From Eledone cirrhosa (Eukaryota): a DNA stretch of 64,000 nt. The DNA lies in contig OZ024761.1 in NCBI GenBank assembly GCA_964016885.1, forward strand, positions 21,514,001-21,578,000, given 5' to 3'. A program made the translations under genes and the position numbers. Under the pieces are notes generated by a model. It searched no databases and was not told where the DNA came from. It saw only the letters and a list, made by a program, of their open reading frames with translations. Of this stretch, positions 27,401 through 41,890 are shown in pieces (positions within the stretch are counted from its first letter, which is position 1; the number at the start of each line of letters is the position of its first letter).

Positions 27401-28949
27401 CAGCAGCTTGTCTATATATGTAAAGCACAATAGCTGTAATAGTAATCTTAGTAGTCTAGCTACTTAACTATATGTTAATTCTTGCTTAGTACTAACTAAT
27501 AGTTAACGAAAAAAAATGAAGGAAAAAAAATTGGAGAAAGAAATGGGGCAAAAAATAGGGGGAAATGAAAAAGAAGTTTGTGAGAAAATGAATAAAAATA
27601 AAATAAAATAGAATTTTAAAAGATTCTAAATGAGAATGAAAAAAGATATGGGTGGGAATGTGCAACGTTCTGGTCAAGACACAAAACACATTAGATACAG
27701 AAGCATTGAAAATAGCAGCTGTAGCTAGCTATCATGTTGCAGCTTAATGTGTCATCATCACCATCACTATCATTACCACTATCATTACCATCACCATCAC
27801 CACTATCATCACTACTATCATTACCATCATCATCACCATCACCACTATCATTACCATCATCATCACCATCACCATCACCACTATCATTACCATCATCATC
27901 ACCATCACCACTATCATTACCATTATCACTACCATCACCATCACCACTATCATTACCATCACCACTATCATTATCATTACCATCATCATCATCACCTTTA
28001 CCATGATCACTATTACCATCGTTACCATCACCACCATCACCACCACCACCACCCCACCCCCCGCCAAAAAAAAAAAACATTACCACCACCATTTCCACTG
28101 ACACCACCACAATTACCATATCACCACACCATTATAACCACACCACACCACCACCACAACCCCACCACCACCACATCAGTACAACCCCACCACCACCACC
28201 ACACCAGTACAACCCCACCACCACCACCACACCAGTACAACCCCACCACCAAGTGTGTCAGTATATATGTTGAAATAAGTGTGAAGTACTACTTCAAAGT
28301 TATATTATTCACAGTTGTGAGGAGGACTTAGTCACTTCTTAAGTTTATCAGTTTTTATTGTATTAAATTTACACAATTTACTTTTTGAAGGAAGCCAATT
28401 CACTGTTTTATACACGCACACACACACACACATATATATACACATATACATACATACAGACACACACCACATACATATATACATATATATATACACATAT
28501 ACATACACACACACATATACATACACACACACACACATATACATACACACACACATGTATATATGCCCCAGTAAATGCTGTATGGTGGTTGGTGACAGGA
28601 AGGACATCCAACTGTAGAAAGCTTGCTAAACAAAGAGTTAGAAGGACCCTTCTATCATGTCAAGGACCTGACAACCTCCCTAGTGTTGGTGACCTACACA
28701 ATAAACACACCCAGTACATGCTGTAAAATGGTTGGTGGTTAGGAAGGGCATCCAGCCATAGGAATCTTGCCAAATAATGAGTTAGAAGGACCCTCAGTTG
28801 TGACAAAGGCATGACAACCTCTCCTGTACACTCGGTGGAACATGAGACCTTACATAAGCGAGACACGGATCTCTGGCCTACTTGCCAGGGGGATCAGTGG
28901 CTCCGCTTCAGTACTGACTTGGTTTATATGGACCTGTCTTGTATATATT

Positions 28950-29210
28950 GTAAAAAAGACGCAAATTGAGATGGTATGGGCACATGACAAGATCTTCAGG
29001 GTTTGCCAGAACTGTCCTGCAGGGAACAGTAGAAGGAGGGAGGCAGACAGAAAAAGAGATGGGAGGACAACATCCCGGAATTGACAGGAATAAGGCTGGG
29101 TACATCTATGAGGAAGATGGAGAGGTGAAAGGAATGGAAGGAGGAGCTGGTTACCAGGTCATCTGTGGCACCTCAACAGTCCACCAGATATGAGACAGGT
29201 GAGATGAGAT
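28950..29210 (+). mobile_element. Degenerate RTE-clade LINE 3' fragment
   Basis: KRKLRWYGHMTRSSGFARTVLQGTVEGGR...KKRWEDNI. Confidence 0.8.
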
Positions 29211-29702
29211 AGATATTACAATTAGCTGTCATTGTTGACGGCACGGGACCAACAGAGGGTCGGACGCCATGCTTTGCAACAAAGAGTTACGTCCCTTTGT
29301 CGACTGAGTTCAAATCCCGCCGAGGTTAACTTTGCCTTTCATCCTTACGGGGTCGATAAAATAAAGTACCAGTAATGTACTGGGTAATTGCTGGCCTTGT
29401 GCCAAAAGTAGAAACAATTATTTGTGTATTACATGTGTCTGGGTATATGGTAACATTACTATCATCATCATCATCAGTAACATTAATGTCCTAACAGATT
29501 TACCTCTGTTGGTAAGAGATGGGTGTATCTTTAGTCCACCATAGCTGTAAGGCCTGGCCTTCTCTTGGACTAGAGGTTACCCACCACACAGTGTCAATGG
29601 CTACTCTCCACCTCATCACCCAATGCTTCCTCTTCCACACTAGTAGAGCAAGATTTGAACATAAAAGGGTGAGAGAATTCTGGCCAGATACGGCTAGTTT
29701 AA

Positions 29703-29896
29703 CCCATTACCCTTTAAACCGACCATATCCGGACACAATTCTTTCACCTCTTTCTCTTCAAACCAGTTGTTCATGCTTATGTTAAGACATTGTCCTCAAA
29801 ATAAATATCAAAATCTCATAGATCTGATATTATGTGAGATAAAGTGTTTACCATGAAATACAATAGTAAATATAGAGTAATGTAAATACTAAAGGG
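29703..29896. mobile_element. piggyBac-like MITE flanked by inverted partial copies
   Basis: TTAA|CCC...CTAAAGGG|TTAA, homologous to the copies at 26167, 46787 and 62639. Confidence 0.75.
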
Positions 29897-30188
29897 TTAA
29901 CAACAGTATAAGCAGCTAGTTACAGCTGGTTTGAACAGAAAGAAGTGAGAGAATTCTGGTCGGATACAACCGGTTTAACAGAATTTCACAGCAAGATGTT
30001 ATGAGCAATGCAATGAACCAGAAGAACCTAGAGTAGAATCTATGTTAGCAAAAATGTATTCTTACAATTGAATTCCTCAGAAACGGAATCACAAAGTGTG
30101 AGGAACTCTTGAATTAGTTTACTGAGAATTATCCTGACTGTCTGAAGCAGCATGACAAAGAAAGGTTTTTTTTTGTAGACATAATATC

Positions 30189-30374
30189 CAGGGTTGGACT
30201 TTCATCTGCTCAGGCCCTAAGCTATAGGAAATTTTGGTAAAAAAAAATTTAAATAATTATACATGATTATTTATTAATGATTACAAATTTAATATATATA
30301 AATATATATCAAACAAAGTTATTTGTAGCTGCTGTACTGAAAATCTCACATAGTTAACTTTGTAAAGGTTATTC

Positions 30375-30435
<61 letters not shown>

Positions 30436-31428
30436 AGGGAGTGTAACTTGGAGTTACTGTAAGTTCACCTGGGTGAGCACTCAATGTTTAGGTTCACTTC
30501 AGTGTAGAGCTACACAGAGTGTATTAGAGTGAAATAAATATATATATCATCATCGTCGTCGTTTAACGTCCATCTTCTACGCTAGCATGGGTTTATATAA
30601 TGTATATATAATTTTTTATGATTTAGTGTCAAAGAATAAAAACTAATGATAAAATAAAAATATATTTTAAAAAATTAGTTACCACCTCATCCCAACCGAG
30701 GGTGTGTGGCTCTAAACTATAGTTTATTTAGCCTATAGGTCAGTCTAGCACTGGATACACTGAGGCCCACCCAAGGATGTGTGAACGTAAGCTATAACTT
30801 ATTTAGCCTATAGGTCAGTCTAGTACTGGATACACTGAGGCCCACCCAAGGATGTGTGAACGTAAGCTATAACTTATTTAGCCTATAGGTCAGTCTAGCA
30901 CTGGATACACTGAGGCCCACCCAAGGATGTGTGAACGTAAGCTATAACTTATTTAGCCTATAGGTCAGTCTAGCACTGGATACACTGAGGCCCACCCAAG
31001 GATGTGTGAACGTAAGCTATAACTTATTTAGCCTATAGGTCAGTCTAGCACTGGATACACTGAGGCCCACCCAAGGATGTGTGAGCCTAAGCTATAACTT
31101 ATTTAGCCTATAGGTCAGTCTAGCACTGGATACACTGAGGCCCACCCAAGGATGTGTGAACGTAAGCTATAACTTATTTAGCCTATAGGTCAGTCTAGCA
31201 CTGGATACACTGAGGCCCACCCAAGGATGTGTGAGCCTAAGCTATAACTTATTTAGCCTATAGGTCAGTCTAGCACTGGATACACTGAGGCCCACCCAAG
31301 GATGTGTGAGCCTAAGCTATAACTTATTTAGCCTATAGGTCAGTCTAGCACTGGATACACTGAGGCCCACCCAAGGATGTGTAAGCCTAAGCTATAACTT
31401 ATTTAGCCTATAGGTCAGTCTAGTACTG
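30189..31428. mobile_element. hAT-like non-autonomous element with perfect 8-bp TSD; right terminus tandemly amplified
   Basis: ATAATATC at 30181-30188 and 31429-31436. Termini CAGGGTTGGACT and AGTCTAGTACTG match at 8/12 positions as inverted repeats. Confidence 0.75.
30715..31428. repeat. 75-bp minisatellite, about 10 copies
   Basis: GGTCAGTCTAG recurs at 30738, 30813 ... 31413, a period of 75. Confidence 0.95.
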
Positions 31429-31554
31429 ATAATATCTTGCTACCATGACTCACATATTAGATGCATTCTTTGAAAATGAACCAATAATCAATGAAGACAA
31501 AAGACAGCCTGGTCACTCTTCTTAGATATTTTATTTTCTCTCTACTCTCAGGTC

Positions 31555-31760
31555 TTAAATCATCATCCAGCAGCCTCAGCCGAAATCGACTCAACAATCG
31601 ATCTCCACGTGGGTCTGTCGTACATTGCCGCTGCCAAGTCCTGGATTTCAATACCAGAATCTCTAGAGATGACATCGGGATAGGAGAGCTTGTGCCCCCT
31701 GTTATTAGTGACTGCTTCTGGTTTCCAAAGCCCTAATGGGGGACACAGCCTCATAGGTCT
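31555..31760 (-). mobile_element. RTE-like LINE 3' end
   Basis: LWKP...RGHKLSYPDVISRDSG...AMYDRPTWRSIV, then a stop and a short TGA-type tail. Confidence 0.65.
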
Positions 31761-31770
31761 CAAATAATCA

Positions 31771-31814
<44 letters not shown>

Positions 31815-31947
31815 CTTATTAAACTTTGCTAATCTATCTCCAGCGAAATTATATTTTAAGTGGTAACATTCCTGCAAAATTAACTTTCTTCAGACATTAA
31901 AGAACATTATACAGGACAACAAAGTACATTGCTAGAAATCTCATGTT

Positions 31948-32103
31948 ATAAGATAGGATGAGTTGGGGTCTCCATAAGATAGGATGAGTTGGGGTCTCCA
32001 TAAGATAGGATGAGTTGGGGTCTCCATAAGATAGGATGAGATGGGGTCTCCATAAGATAGGATGAGATGGGGTCTCCATAAGATAGGATGAGATGGGGTC
32101 TCC
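31948..32103. repeat. 26-bp tandem repeat, about 6 copies
   Basis: ATAAGATAGGATGAG(T/A)TGGGGTCTCC. Confidence 0.9.
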
Positions 32104-32228
32104 AGATGTAAACTAAACGACTAATTCTGGGTCTTTTTTTTTTAAAATCAATTAGCGATTTTTCAACCCACTTCCCCTATTATTTGGGACCTGAGAGTAT
32201 TTCTCACTGTTGCATTTTAAACCTATAT

Positions 32229-33678
32229 GAGTGTACACATCCTCTAGGAGTGTACCCAAGGTGCAGAAGGACTCCTATGCAAGTGTACACATCCTCTAGG
32301 AGTGTACCCAAGGTGCAGAAGGACTCCTATGCAAGTGTACACATCCTCTAGGAGTGTACCCAAGGTGCAGAAGGACTCCTATGCAAGTGTACACATCCTC
32401 TAGGAGTGTACCCAAGGTGCAGAAGGACTCCTATACAAGTGTACACATCCTCTAGGAGTGTACCCAAGGTGCAGAAGGACTCCTATGCAAGTGTACACAT
32501 CCTCTAGGAGTGTACCCAAGGTGCAGAAGGACTCCTATGCAAGTGTACACATCCTCTAGGAGTGTACCCAAGGTGCAGAAGGACTCCTATGCAAGTGTAC
32601 ACATCCTCTAGGAGTGTACCCAAGGTGCAGAAGGACTCCTATGCAAGTGTACACATCCTCTAGGAGTGTACCCAAGGTGCAGAAGGACTCCTATACAAGT
32701 GTACACATCCTCTAGGAGTGTACCCAAGGTGCAGAAGGACTCCTATGCAAGTGTACACATCCTCTAGGAGTGTACCCAAGGTGCAGAAGGACTCCTATGC
32801 AAGTGTACACATCCTCTAGGAGTGTACCCAAGGTGCAGAAGGACTCCTATGCAAGTGTACACATCCTCTAGGAGTGTACCTAAGGTGCAGAAGGACTCCT
32901 ATGCAAGTGTACACATCCTCTAGGAGTGTACCCAAGGTGCAGAAGGACTCCTATGCAAGTGTACACATCCTCTAGGAGTGTACCCAAGGTGCAGAAGGAC
33001 TCCTATGCAAGTGTACACATCCTCTAGGAGTGTACCCAAGGTGCAGAAGGACTCCTATGCAAGTGTACACATCCTCTAGGAGTGTACCCAAGGTGCAGAA
33101 GGACTCCTATGCAAGTGTACACATCCTCTAGGAGTGTACCCAAGGTGCAGAAGGACTCCTATGCAAGTGTACACATCCTCTAGGAGTGTACCCAAGGTGC
33201 AGAAGGACTCCTATGCAAGTGTACACATCCTCTAGGAGTGTACCCAAGGTGCAGAAGGACTCCTATGCAAGTGTACACATCCTCTAGGAGTGTACCCAAG
33301 GTGCAGAAGGACTCCTATGCAAGTGTACACATCCTCTAGGAGTGTACCCAAGGTGCAGAAGGACTCCTATGCAAGTGTACACATCCTCTAGGAGTGTACC
33401 CAAGGTGCAGAAGGACTCCTATGCAAGTGTACACATCCTCTAGGAGTGTACCCAAGGTGCAGAAGGACTCCTATGCAAGTGTACACATCCTCTAGGAGTG
33501 TACCCAAGGTGCAGAAGGACTCCTATGCAAGTGTACACATCCTCTAGGAGTGTACCCAAGGTGCAGAAGGACTCCTATGCAAGTGTACACATCCTCTAGG
33601 AGTGTACCCAAGGTGCAGAAGGACTCCTATGCAAGTGTACACATCCTCTAGGAGTGTACCCAAGGTGCAGAGGGACTC
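32229..33678. repeat. 52-bp minisatellite, about 28 nearly identical copies
   Basis: AAGTGTACACATCCTCTAGGAGTGTACCCAAGGTGCAGAAGGACTCCTATGC. Confidence 0.95.
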
Positions 33679-34521
33679 TGCAATGAGTGCACTCATCAAG
33701 CAGAGTTGGAGCATAAGTTGTTAAAAAGGGGGGCATTAAATTAATCTACGGGCCCCCGTTTTGACTGTGAAACAGATCGAAGGCAGAGTTAGTCAAGGGA
33801 TCAGTCCTCACGTCGGTTGTAACACACACCCTCCTCACCATATTGGCCCAAGTTGTCGACCACCTCGCAGTAGGCCCTGGGGACCAATCTCTATCAGGTG
33901 AACGACAACCTAAGACCAACTCATATGCAACAAGAACAACTATATGAATAATTTTTAATCTTGTTATAAAGATATGTTACCTTTTGTGGTCCCTAGATCT
34001 TGATCCCTGATCAGGGATCAGACAGACAACCTAAGACCAACTCATACACAGGAAGAAGATTTACTTGAGTATTTAATCTTTCATCCTTCTAATGGGTCGA
34101 TAAAATAAAGTACCAGTAATGCATTGGGGTAGATTTAATTGACATATCCCCCCTTCCTCACCTTCAAATTGTTGGCCTTATGTTCAAAGTGGAAATAATT
34201 ACTATTATTAGTTTTACTAATCATTATTGATTATAATAATCAATTATCATTAGAGAGAGAGCGAGGGGTGGGGGGCAGTAAACGAAAGGGTTAGGAAGGA
34301 AAAGGAGAGAGAGAGAGGGCGTGGGAATATTAGAGAGGGGGGAGTAGGCGTGAGAAAATGAAGAGAAAAGCTTTATCAGCAATGAGCTGTGAGAAAACAA
34401 AGGGCTGGGCTGAGAGGAGAGAGTTATTATGAAATAGGGGACAGTGGATAATGTAGAGTTTTAACAAAGAGACTCCTTGTATGTCGATAGATTAATAGAT
34501 TAACAGATACACAGATAGACC

Positions 34522-34558
<37 letters not shown>

Positions 34559-34713
34559 TATATGTGTGTGTGTGTATGTATGTACGTGTATATATATATA
34601 TATACATATGTATATGTATATGGCAAATAGAACCAAGGATTTAGGAAGGTTTATAAGACCTTATTTGTTTTCGTTTGTTTTTAACAGAGAGAGAGAGAGT
34701 GTGTGTGAAATGA

Positions 34714-34744
<31 letters not shown>

Positions 34745-35206
34745 TGAACGAAGAGATGAGCGAAATGAGAGAGACATATGCGAGAGAGAGAGAGGAGAGA
34801 TGTGTGTGAAGGGAGGAAGGAAGTCTAGATAGGTGTGTGTGTGTGGTGTGTGTGTGTGTGGTGTGTGTGTGTGTGGTGTGTGTGTGTGTGTGTGTGTGGT
34901 AGATGTATGTGTGTGTGTGTGTGTTATGGTGGTTGGACAATCCCTAGTCACGACTAAAATCCAATAGATGTTTTGTTAATTTCATTATCACACACCTCAC
35001 ATATACACACACACCTCATATACATCACACACACACACGCACACACCTTAAATATAGCTGTGTGTGTGTGTGTGTGTTTATATACATATATATATTCACA
35101 CACACATATATATAGATACATATATATACATATAGACACACACACACACATATATACATACAAATGTATATGTATTTTAAATATGTATACACACATATAT
35201 AGAGAA

Positions 35207-35237
<31 letters not shown>

Positions 35238-35350
35238 TGGATGGAGACAGACAGACAGACAGATGGATGGAGATAGTCAGACAGACAGACAGACAGACAG
35301 ATGGATGGAGATAGTCAGACAGACAGACAGACAGATGGATGGAGATAGTC

Positions 35351-35381
<31 letters not shown>

Positions 35382-37900
35382 TGGGATGAAGTACCAGCAC
35401 CATGCACACACAAGTATTACATGCAAGGTTTTTACAGTGAAGAGACGGGGGAGAACAGGCATGTTACTTCGCATAATAATTATCCCGGTTTTAATTTTAA
35501 GCAGTGTAGCATTTTTTTTTTTTTTTTTTTTAACAAAACGTGTGGGGGGGGGGGGGGTGCTTGATTTAAGATAGCAACTGTGTTGTATAGAAGTCTTCCT
35601 CCTTGGCTCATAGAGAAACATGTAAATAATTAGTTAAAAAGTATCTCACAGCATCATGCTACATGCTAGATCGGTGTCGTTCGACCTGCTAGAAACACCA
35701 GCTAACTCTCCATCGTATCGTTGTCTATTGTCAGAAATAAGAAAATAAAGACACATTGGATAAGGTAGTTTTTTGACACATTACATTTTGATACGTACAA
35801 GGATTGTCTTTGATTTAAAAGAAAAGAAGGGGTTTGTTGACGACAGCTTACACGTGAATGTGTTTAATGAACAAACATGAATATATATATATATATATTC
35901 ATGTTTGTTCATATTGTATATATTATATATATATATATATATATTCATGTTTGTTCATATTGTATATATATATATATATATATACAATACATAAACAGAG
36001 AAAGCCTTAAGCGATACTCCGACCAACTCACTATATATATATATATATACATGTATTTTATTATACCAACACGCGTAGTTGAAATACAGAGTGCACACGA
36101 CACTGTATTGTACATATATACACATATACCATAGATATAATACACGAGAGAGACACACGGCACTAGAATCTAACTAGCTACTAATGCCTGTCTTATACGC
36201 CATACACATATAATTCAGTACTAGATCTGAATTAGAGGGAATGAAAACGACTTCATATCATTGTCTTTTGTATTGGTCCCCTATATGTAGGCCCGTGTGG
36301 CCAATAGAGAAAGAATTATTATTAGTATTTATTATTATCAAATCCCGCCGAGCTTAACTTTGCCTTTCATCCTTACGGGGTCGATAAAATAAAGTACCAG
36401 TAATATACTGGAGTCGATATAATTGCCCCCCTCTCCCTCTCCGTAAAATTGCTGGCCTTGCGCCTATAGTAGAAACAATTATCATCATCACCAAATCCCG
36501 CCAAGGTTAACTTTACCTTTCATCCCTACGGGGTCGATAAAACAAAGTACCAGTAATGCACTAGGGTCGATTTAATCGGCTACCCCTCCCCTGAAATTTC
36601 TGGCCTTGTGTCTAAATCAGAAACAATCATTAATTATTATTATAAATACTATCAGAGCGTGCCTGTCACTAATAAAAATATAGAAGATATAGAATTCGTA
36701 TAGTTGTGTGTGAATGAGTAGAGTGTATTAAAAACAGCCTTCCACATTCACTGAGTTATATTCTATTTGTTATGTGGTCACCGAAAACTGGGTTTTCGGA
36801 TACATTTACATCGCATTATGAGGAATGACGTCTCTCCAGGTTCTTTCTCTTTTTAAACTCTTATTAATTACTTCAGACAGTAAAAATGTGTCTGTGAGGG
36901 GGATTTGATTTTATATTCAAAAATATTTTGTACTGGTAGAACATTAATTAGACAAGCACACACACACATATACATATACACACATATACATATATATACA
37001 TACATACATACATACATACATACATACATACATACATACATACATACACACATATACATATACATATATATATATACATACATACATACACACATATATA
37101 TATACATACACACATACATATATATATATACATACACACATACATATATATATATACATACACACATATATATATATATATACATACATACACACACACA
37201 TACATATATATATATATACATACACACACACATATATATATATACATACACACATATATATATATATACATACACACATATACATATATATACATACATA
37301 CACATATATATATACATACATACATACACACATATACATATATATATATATATATACATACATACACACATATACATATATATATATACATACATACACA
37401 CATATACATATATATATACATACATACATACACACATATACATATATATATACATACATACATATACATATATATACATACATACATATACATATATATA
37501 CATACATACATATACATATATATACATACATACATACACACATACATATATACATACATACATACATACACACATATACATATATATATATATATACATA
37601 CATACATACACACATCTATATACATTTCAAATGTTCTACTTTTGTCTACGATATAAAATGTACAATATATATATTAATTAGTAACCATATTTCTAAATAA
37701 TTTTTTCTGATTTAGAGATAAGGCCAGCAATTTTGGCGGGAGGGGAAAGCCGATTAAATCGACCCCAGTGCGTGACTGGTACTTTATTTTATCGACCCCC
37801 GTAAGGATGAAAGGCAAAGCTATAAACCTCGGTGAAATAATTCCTACATAAACAGCCATACTTAGAAGTGTATTGACAACTATACAGATGATGTCTCATT

Positions 37901-38503
37901 GAGGCGTGGCTTTGAGGTTAGGGTATTCAGCTCAATGAAAGGACGGGAGTTCGATTCCCAGACCCGGCGGCAATGTGTTGTGTCCTTGAGCAAGACACTT
38001 TATTTCAGGTTGCTCCAGTGTCCACTCAGCTGGCAATAGATCAGTTGTACCTGTAATTCAAAGGGCCAACCTTGTCGCGTTCTGTGTCATGCTGAATCTC
38101 CCTGAGAACTAAGTAAAGGGTACACGTGTTTGTGAAATGCTCAGCCGTTTGCACTTTAACTTGAGGAGCAGGGCTGTTCTGCTGAATCTCCCTGAGAACT
38201 ACATAAAGGGTGCACGTGTTTGTGAAATGCTCAGCCGTTTGCACTTTAATTTGAGGAGCAAGGCTGTTCTGCTGAATCTCCCTGAGAACTACGTAAAGGG
38301 TGCACGTGTCTGTGGAATGCACAGCCGCTTGCACGTTAATTTGAGGAGCAGGGCTGTTCTGCTGAATCTCCCTGAGAACTACGTAAAGGGTGCACGTGTC
38401 TGTGGAATGCTCAGCCGCTTGCACGTTAATTTCAAGAGCAGGGCTGTTCAGTTGATGGGATCAATTGGACACTGGCACTCCGTCGCAACCGACGGAGTGC
38501 CAG
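37901..38503 (+). mobile_element. tRNA-derived CORE-like SINE with an internal 90-bp segment repeated 4 times
   Basis: A-box-like GGCGTGGCTTTGAGGTTAG, B-box GAGTTCGATTCC, then GTGTCCTTGAGCAAGACACTT. An unexpanded relative lies at 51649-51962. Confidence 0.8.
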
Positions 38504-38619
38504 TAAGCTATATGTTTATTAATGCCATATACAGATTTGTGACAAATGTTTGAAGAAACACAAAAACATGAAGGCAGATCTTTACTAAATACTAATGTAA
38601 AAATCATCGTCGCCGGTGA

Positions 38620-38835
38620 GGGCGAGAGTGGATTGGCAGAAATCGGTAGAGCGTCGGACATAATGCTTTGCTGTATATAGTTATGGCCCTTTACGTTCTG
38701 AGTTCAAATCCCGCTGAGGTTATAGCTTTGCCTTTCATCCTTACCGGGTCGATAAAATAAAGTACCAGTAATACACTGGTTTCGATTTAATGACTTTACT
38801 CTTCCTTTCCCTTCAAATTGCTGGCCGCCTTGTGC
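38620..38835 (+). mobile_element. Near full-length tRNA-derived SINE
   Basis: A-box TGGCAGAAATCGG, B-box GAGTTCAAATCC, and the family core GTCGATAAAATAAAGTACCAG. Confidence 0.8.
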
Positions 38836-38916
38836 TATATAAACGTCGCCTCAAATAGCATATTCATTCACATATAACAAAGTATATAGATATATAGTGT
38901 GTGGATATACACCCTG

Positions 38917-38954
<38 letters not shown>

Positions 38955-39092
38955 CAATAATAAATATGGTTTTATAAATATAGTTTTCCATTTATTTAAT
39001 ATTGTAAATATACTCCAAATATTTGTCGAGTGCTTTTATATCAGTTATAAATATTTACTAGTTGTAACCCAACAATTTTAAATATAACTTTC

Positions 39093-39124
<32 letters not shown>

Positions 39125-39649
39125 ATATCTAGCTCTGTAACTTACATAGAGCACTCTTCATTCCTCTGACTTTTTCAATTTTCAACGGAAACTTCAATAC
39201 ATATACATATATATAGATAGATATGTTTATCCCGGGTTCAATCGGCTTTCCTGATGATTTCCTCTGAATGAAACAGTTCTAGTCCTGTAGAAACCTTTTC
39301 CATATTAAATGTGTGTGTGTGTGTGTGTGTACATATACAGGGTCCCCCCCCCACCACCACCACCACCACAAAAAAATGTATACACACTTCAACAGCATTC
39401 TAATCAAAGCGTGTATATATTTTTTGGGACACCGTGTGTGTGTATAATATATATATATATACATTATAAACACAGGTTTTATCGACAGTTGCAGTCAATG
39501 ACTATATAGAGGAAAGTGAGCAGAGCAAGACACATAATTGAGTCTTTTTAGAAAATATTTAAAACTTAACAGAAACAACCTATGGTGCATAAAAAATCGA
39601 GTGGTTGGCTGCTTATATACGAGAACAACTATATATATATATTATTTAA

Positions 39650-40902
39650 AGTGGTGTGAGGTGGTATTTAATAGGGGACAGTTACATAGAGATTGTATTT
39701 CGTGGTGTGAAGCAATATTTATTAAGGGATCGTCACAAAGATTGTATTTCGTGGTGTGAGGTGATATTTGTTAAAGGATCGTCAGATGTATTTCGTGGTA
39801 TAAAACGATATTTAATAGGGGACAGTCACAAAGATTGTATTTCTATGTATGAGGTGATATTTATAAAGGGACAGTGGCTTAAATGATAGTATTTTGTTGT
39901 GAGACGGTAATTATTAAGTGACAGTCACATAGATGTTGTATTTCGTGGTATCAGGCGATATTTAAAAGGGGACAGTCACATAGGTGTTGTATTTCATGGT
40001 ATAAGACGATATTTAAAAGGGGACAGTCACATAGGTGTTGTATTTCGTGGTATCAGGCGATATTTAAAAGGGGACAGTCACATAGGTGTTGTATTTCGTG
40101 GTATCAGGCGATATTTAAAAGGGGACAGTCACATAGGTGTTGTATTTCGTGGTATCAGGCGATATTTAAAAGGGGACAGTCACATAGGTGTTGTATTTCG
40201 TGGTATCAGGCGATATTTAAAAGGGGACAGTCACATAGGTGTTGTATTTCGTGGTATCAGGCGATATTTAAAAGGGGACAGTCACATAGGTGTTGTATTT
40301 CATGGTATAAGACGATATTTAAAAGGGGACAGTCACATAGAGATTGTATTTCGTGGTACAAGGCGACATCTAAAAGGGGACAGTCACATAGATGTATTTC
40401 GTGGTATAAGGCGATATCTAAAAGGGGACAGTCACATAGAGATTGTATTTCGTGGTACAAGGCGATATCTAAAAGGGGACAGTCACATAGATGTATTTCG
40501 TGGTATAAGGCGATATCTAAAAGGGGACAGTCACATAGATGTATTTCGTGGTATAAGGCGATATCTAAAAGGGGACAGTCACATAGAGATTGTATTTCGT
40601 GGTACAAGGCGATATCTAAAAGGGGACAGTCACATAGATGTATTTCGTGGTATAAGGCGATATCTAAAAGGGGACAGTCACATAGATGTATTTCGTGGTA
40701 TAAGGCGATATTTATTAAGAGACAATAAGGAAATAATGTTGAATTTCGATGTGTGAGGCGGTATTTATTAAGGGACTGAGAAAATGGTTGTATTTCGGGG
40801 TGTGAGGTAATATTTTATAGGGGACGATCACAAAGATTGTATTTCAAGATGTGAGGTAATATTTAATAAGAATCGGTTATATAAAGATTGTATTTCGTGG
40901 TA
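39650..40902. repeat. 48/51-bp minisatellite with degenerate edges
   Basis: AGGCGATATTTAAAAGGGGACAGTCACATAGGTGTTGTATTTCGTGGTATC. The centre is homogeneous and the flanks are diverged. Confidence 0.9.
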
Positions 40903-41485
40903 TATGATCTGTAGAGAAAATTAATCTGGGTTGCAATAAAGCTGGTGCATTCTACATAATACTAGCATGGCCAGTGCCCGATCACAATTAAAAAATGTTG
41001 ATTAATATCAATTAATAGCAATCAGGGTATAATGAAAGTACTTATTTTAGTTTTATATTTTTTTTCTTCTTACAGAAATACACACAACAAAAAAAAAAAC
41101 TATTTTATAAATGACAATCTTTAAGTTATATCTAGAAACCATTTTAAAAGGGTTTTAAACGAGATCTTACACCCCACTTTCATATAATTAAAAAACAAAG
41201 TGATTTATGTAACTGATGAAAAAAAAATATTTACAAAAAAGTTATCAGAAATTTTATTAGAAGTTCTTATATAAATATATAATATGTACTTTAATAAAAT
41301 GCCGGGTGACTTTTAAGGTTAGATTTGTGGTTCATAAGTTTTAAAAAATATTACTCTTGGAAGAGAGATATTTTCTTAATTTACATTCCATTCTTTCTAC
41401 TCGATCTAAATTTTCTTTTTTTCCTTTTCCTATTAAACTGTATTTACATGATATATTCCATAAACAAATTATATAAAAGTATTTA

Positions 41486-41782
<297 letters not shown>

Positions 41783-41827
41783 CTATGTGCCAGATCTATT
41801 CGAGTGACTATATATATATATATGTAT

Positions 41828-41890
<63 letters not shown>

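Noticed and set aside
36255-36320. Short segment resembling the Tx1-like 3' end (GTGGCCAATAGAGAAAGAA)
   Set aside because: Too short and too diverged to assign.
38620-38720. tRNA gene
   Set aside because: The A and B boxes belong to a multi-copy SINE head, and I see no cloverleaf.
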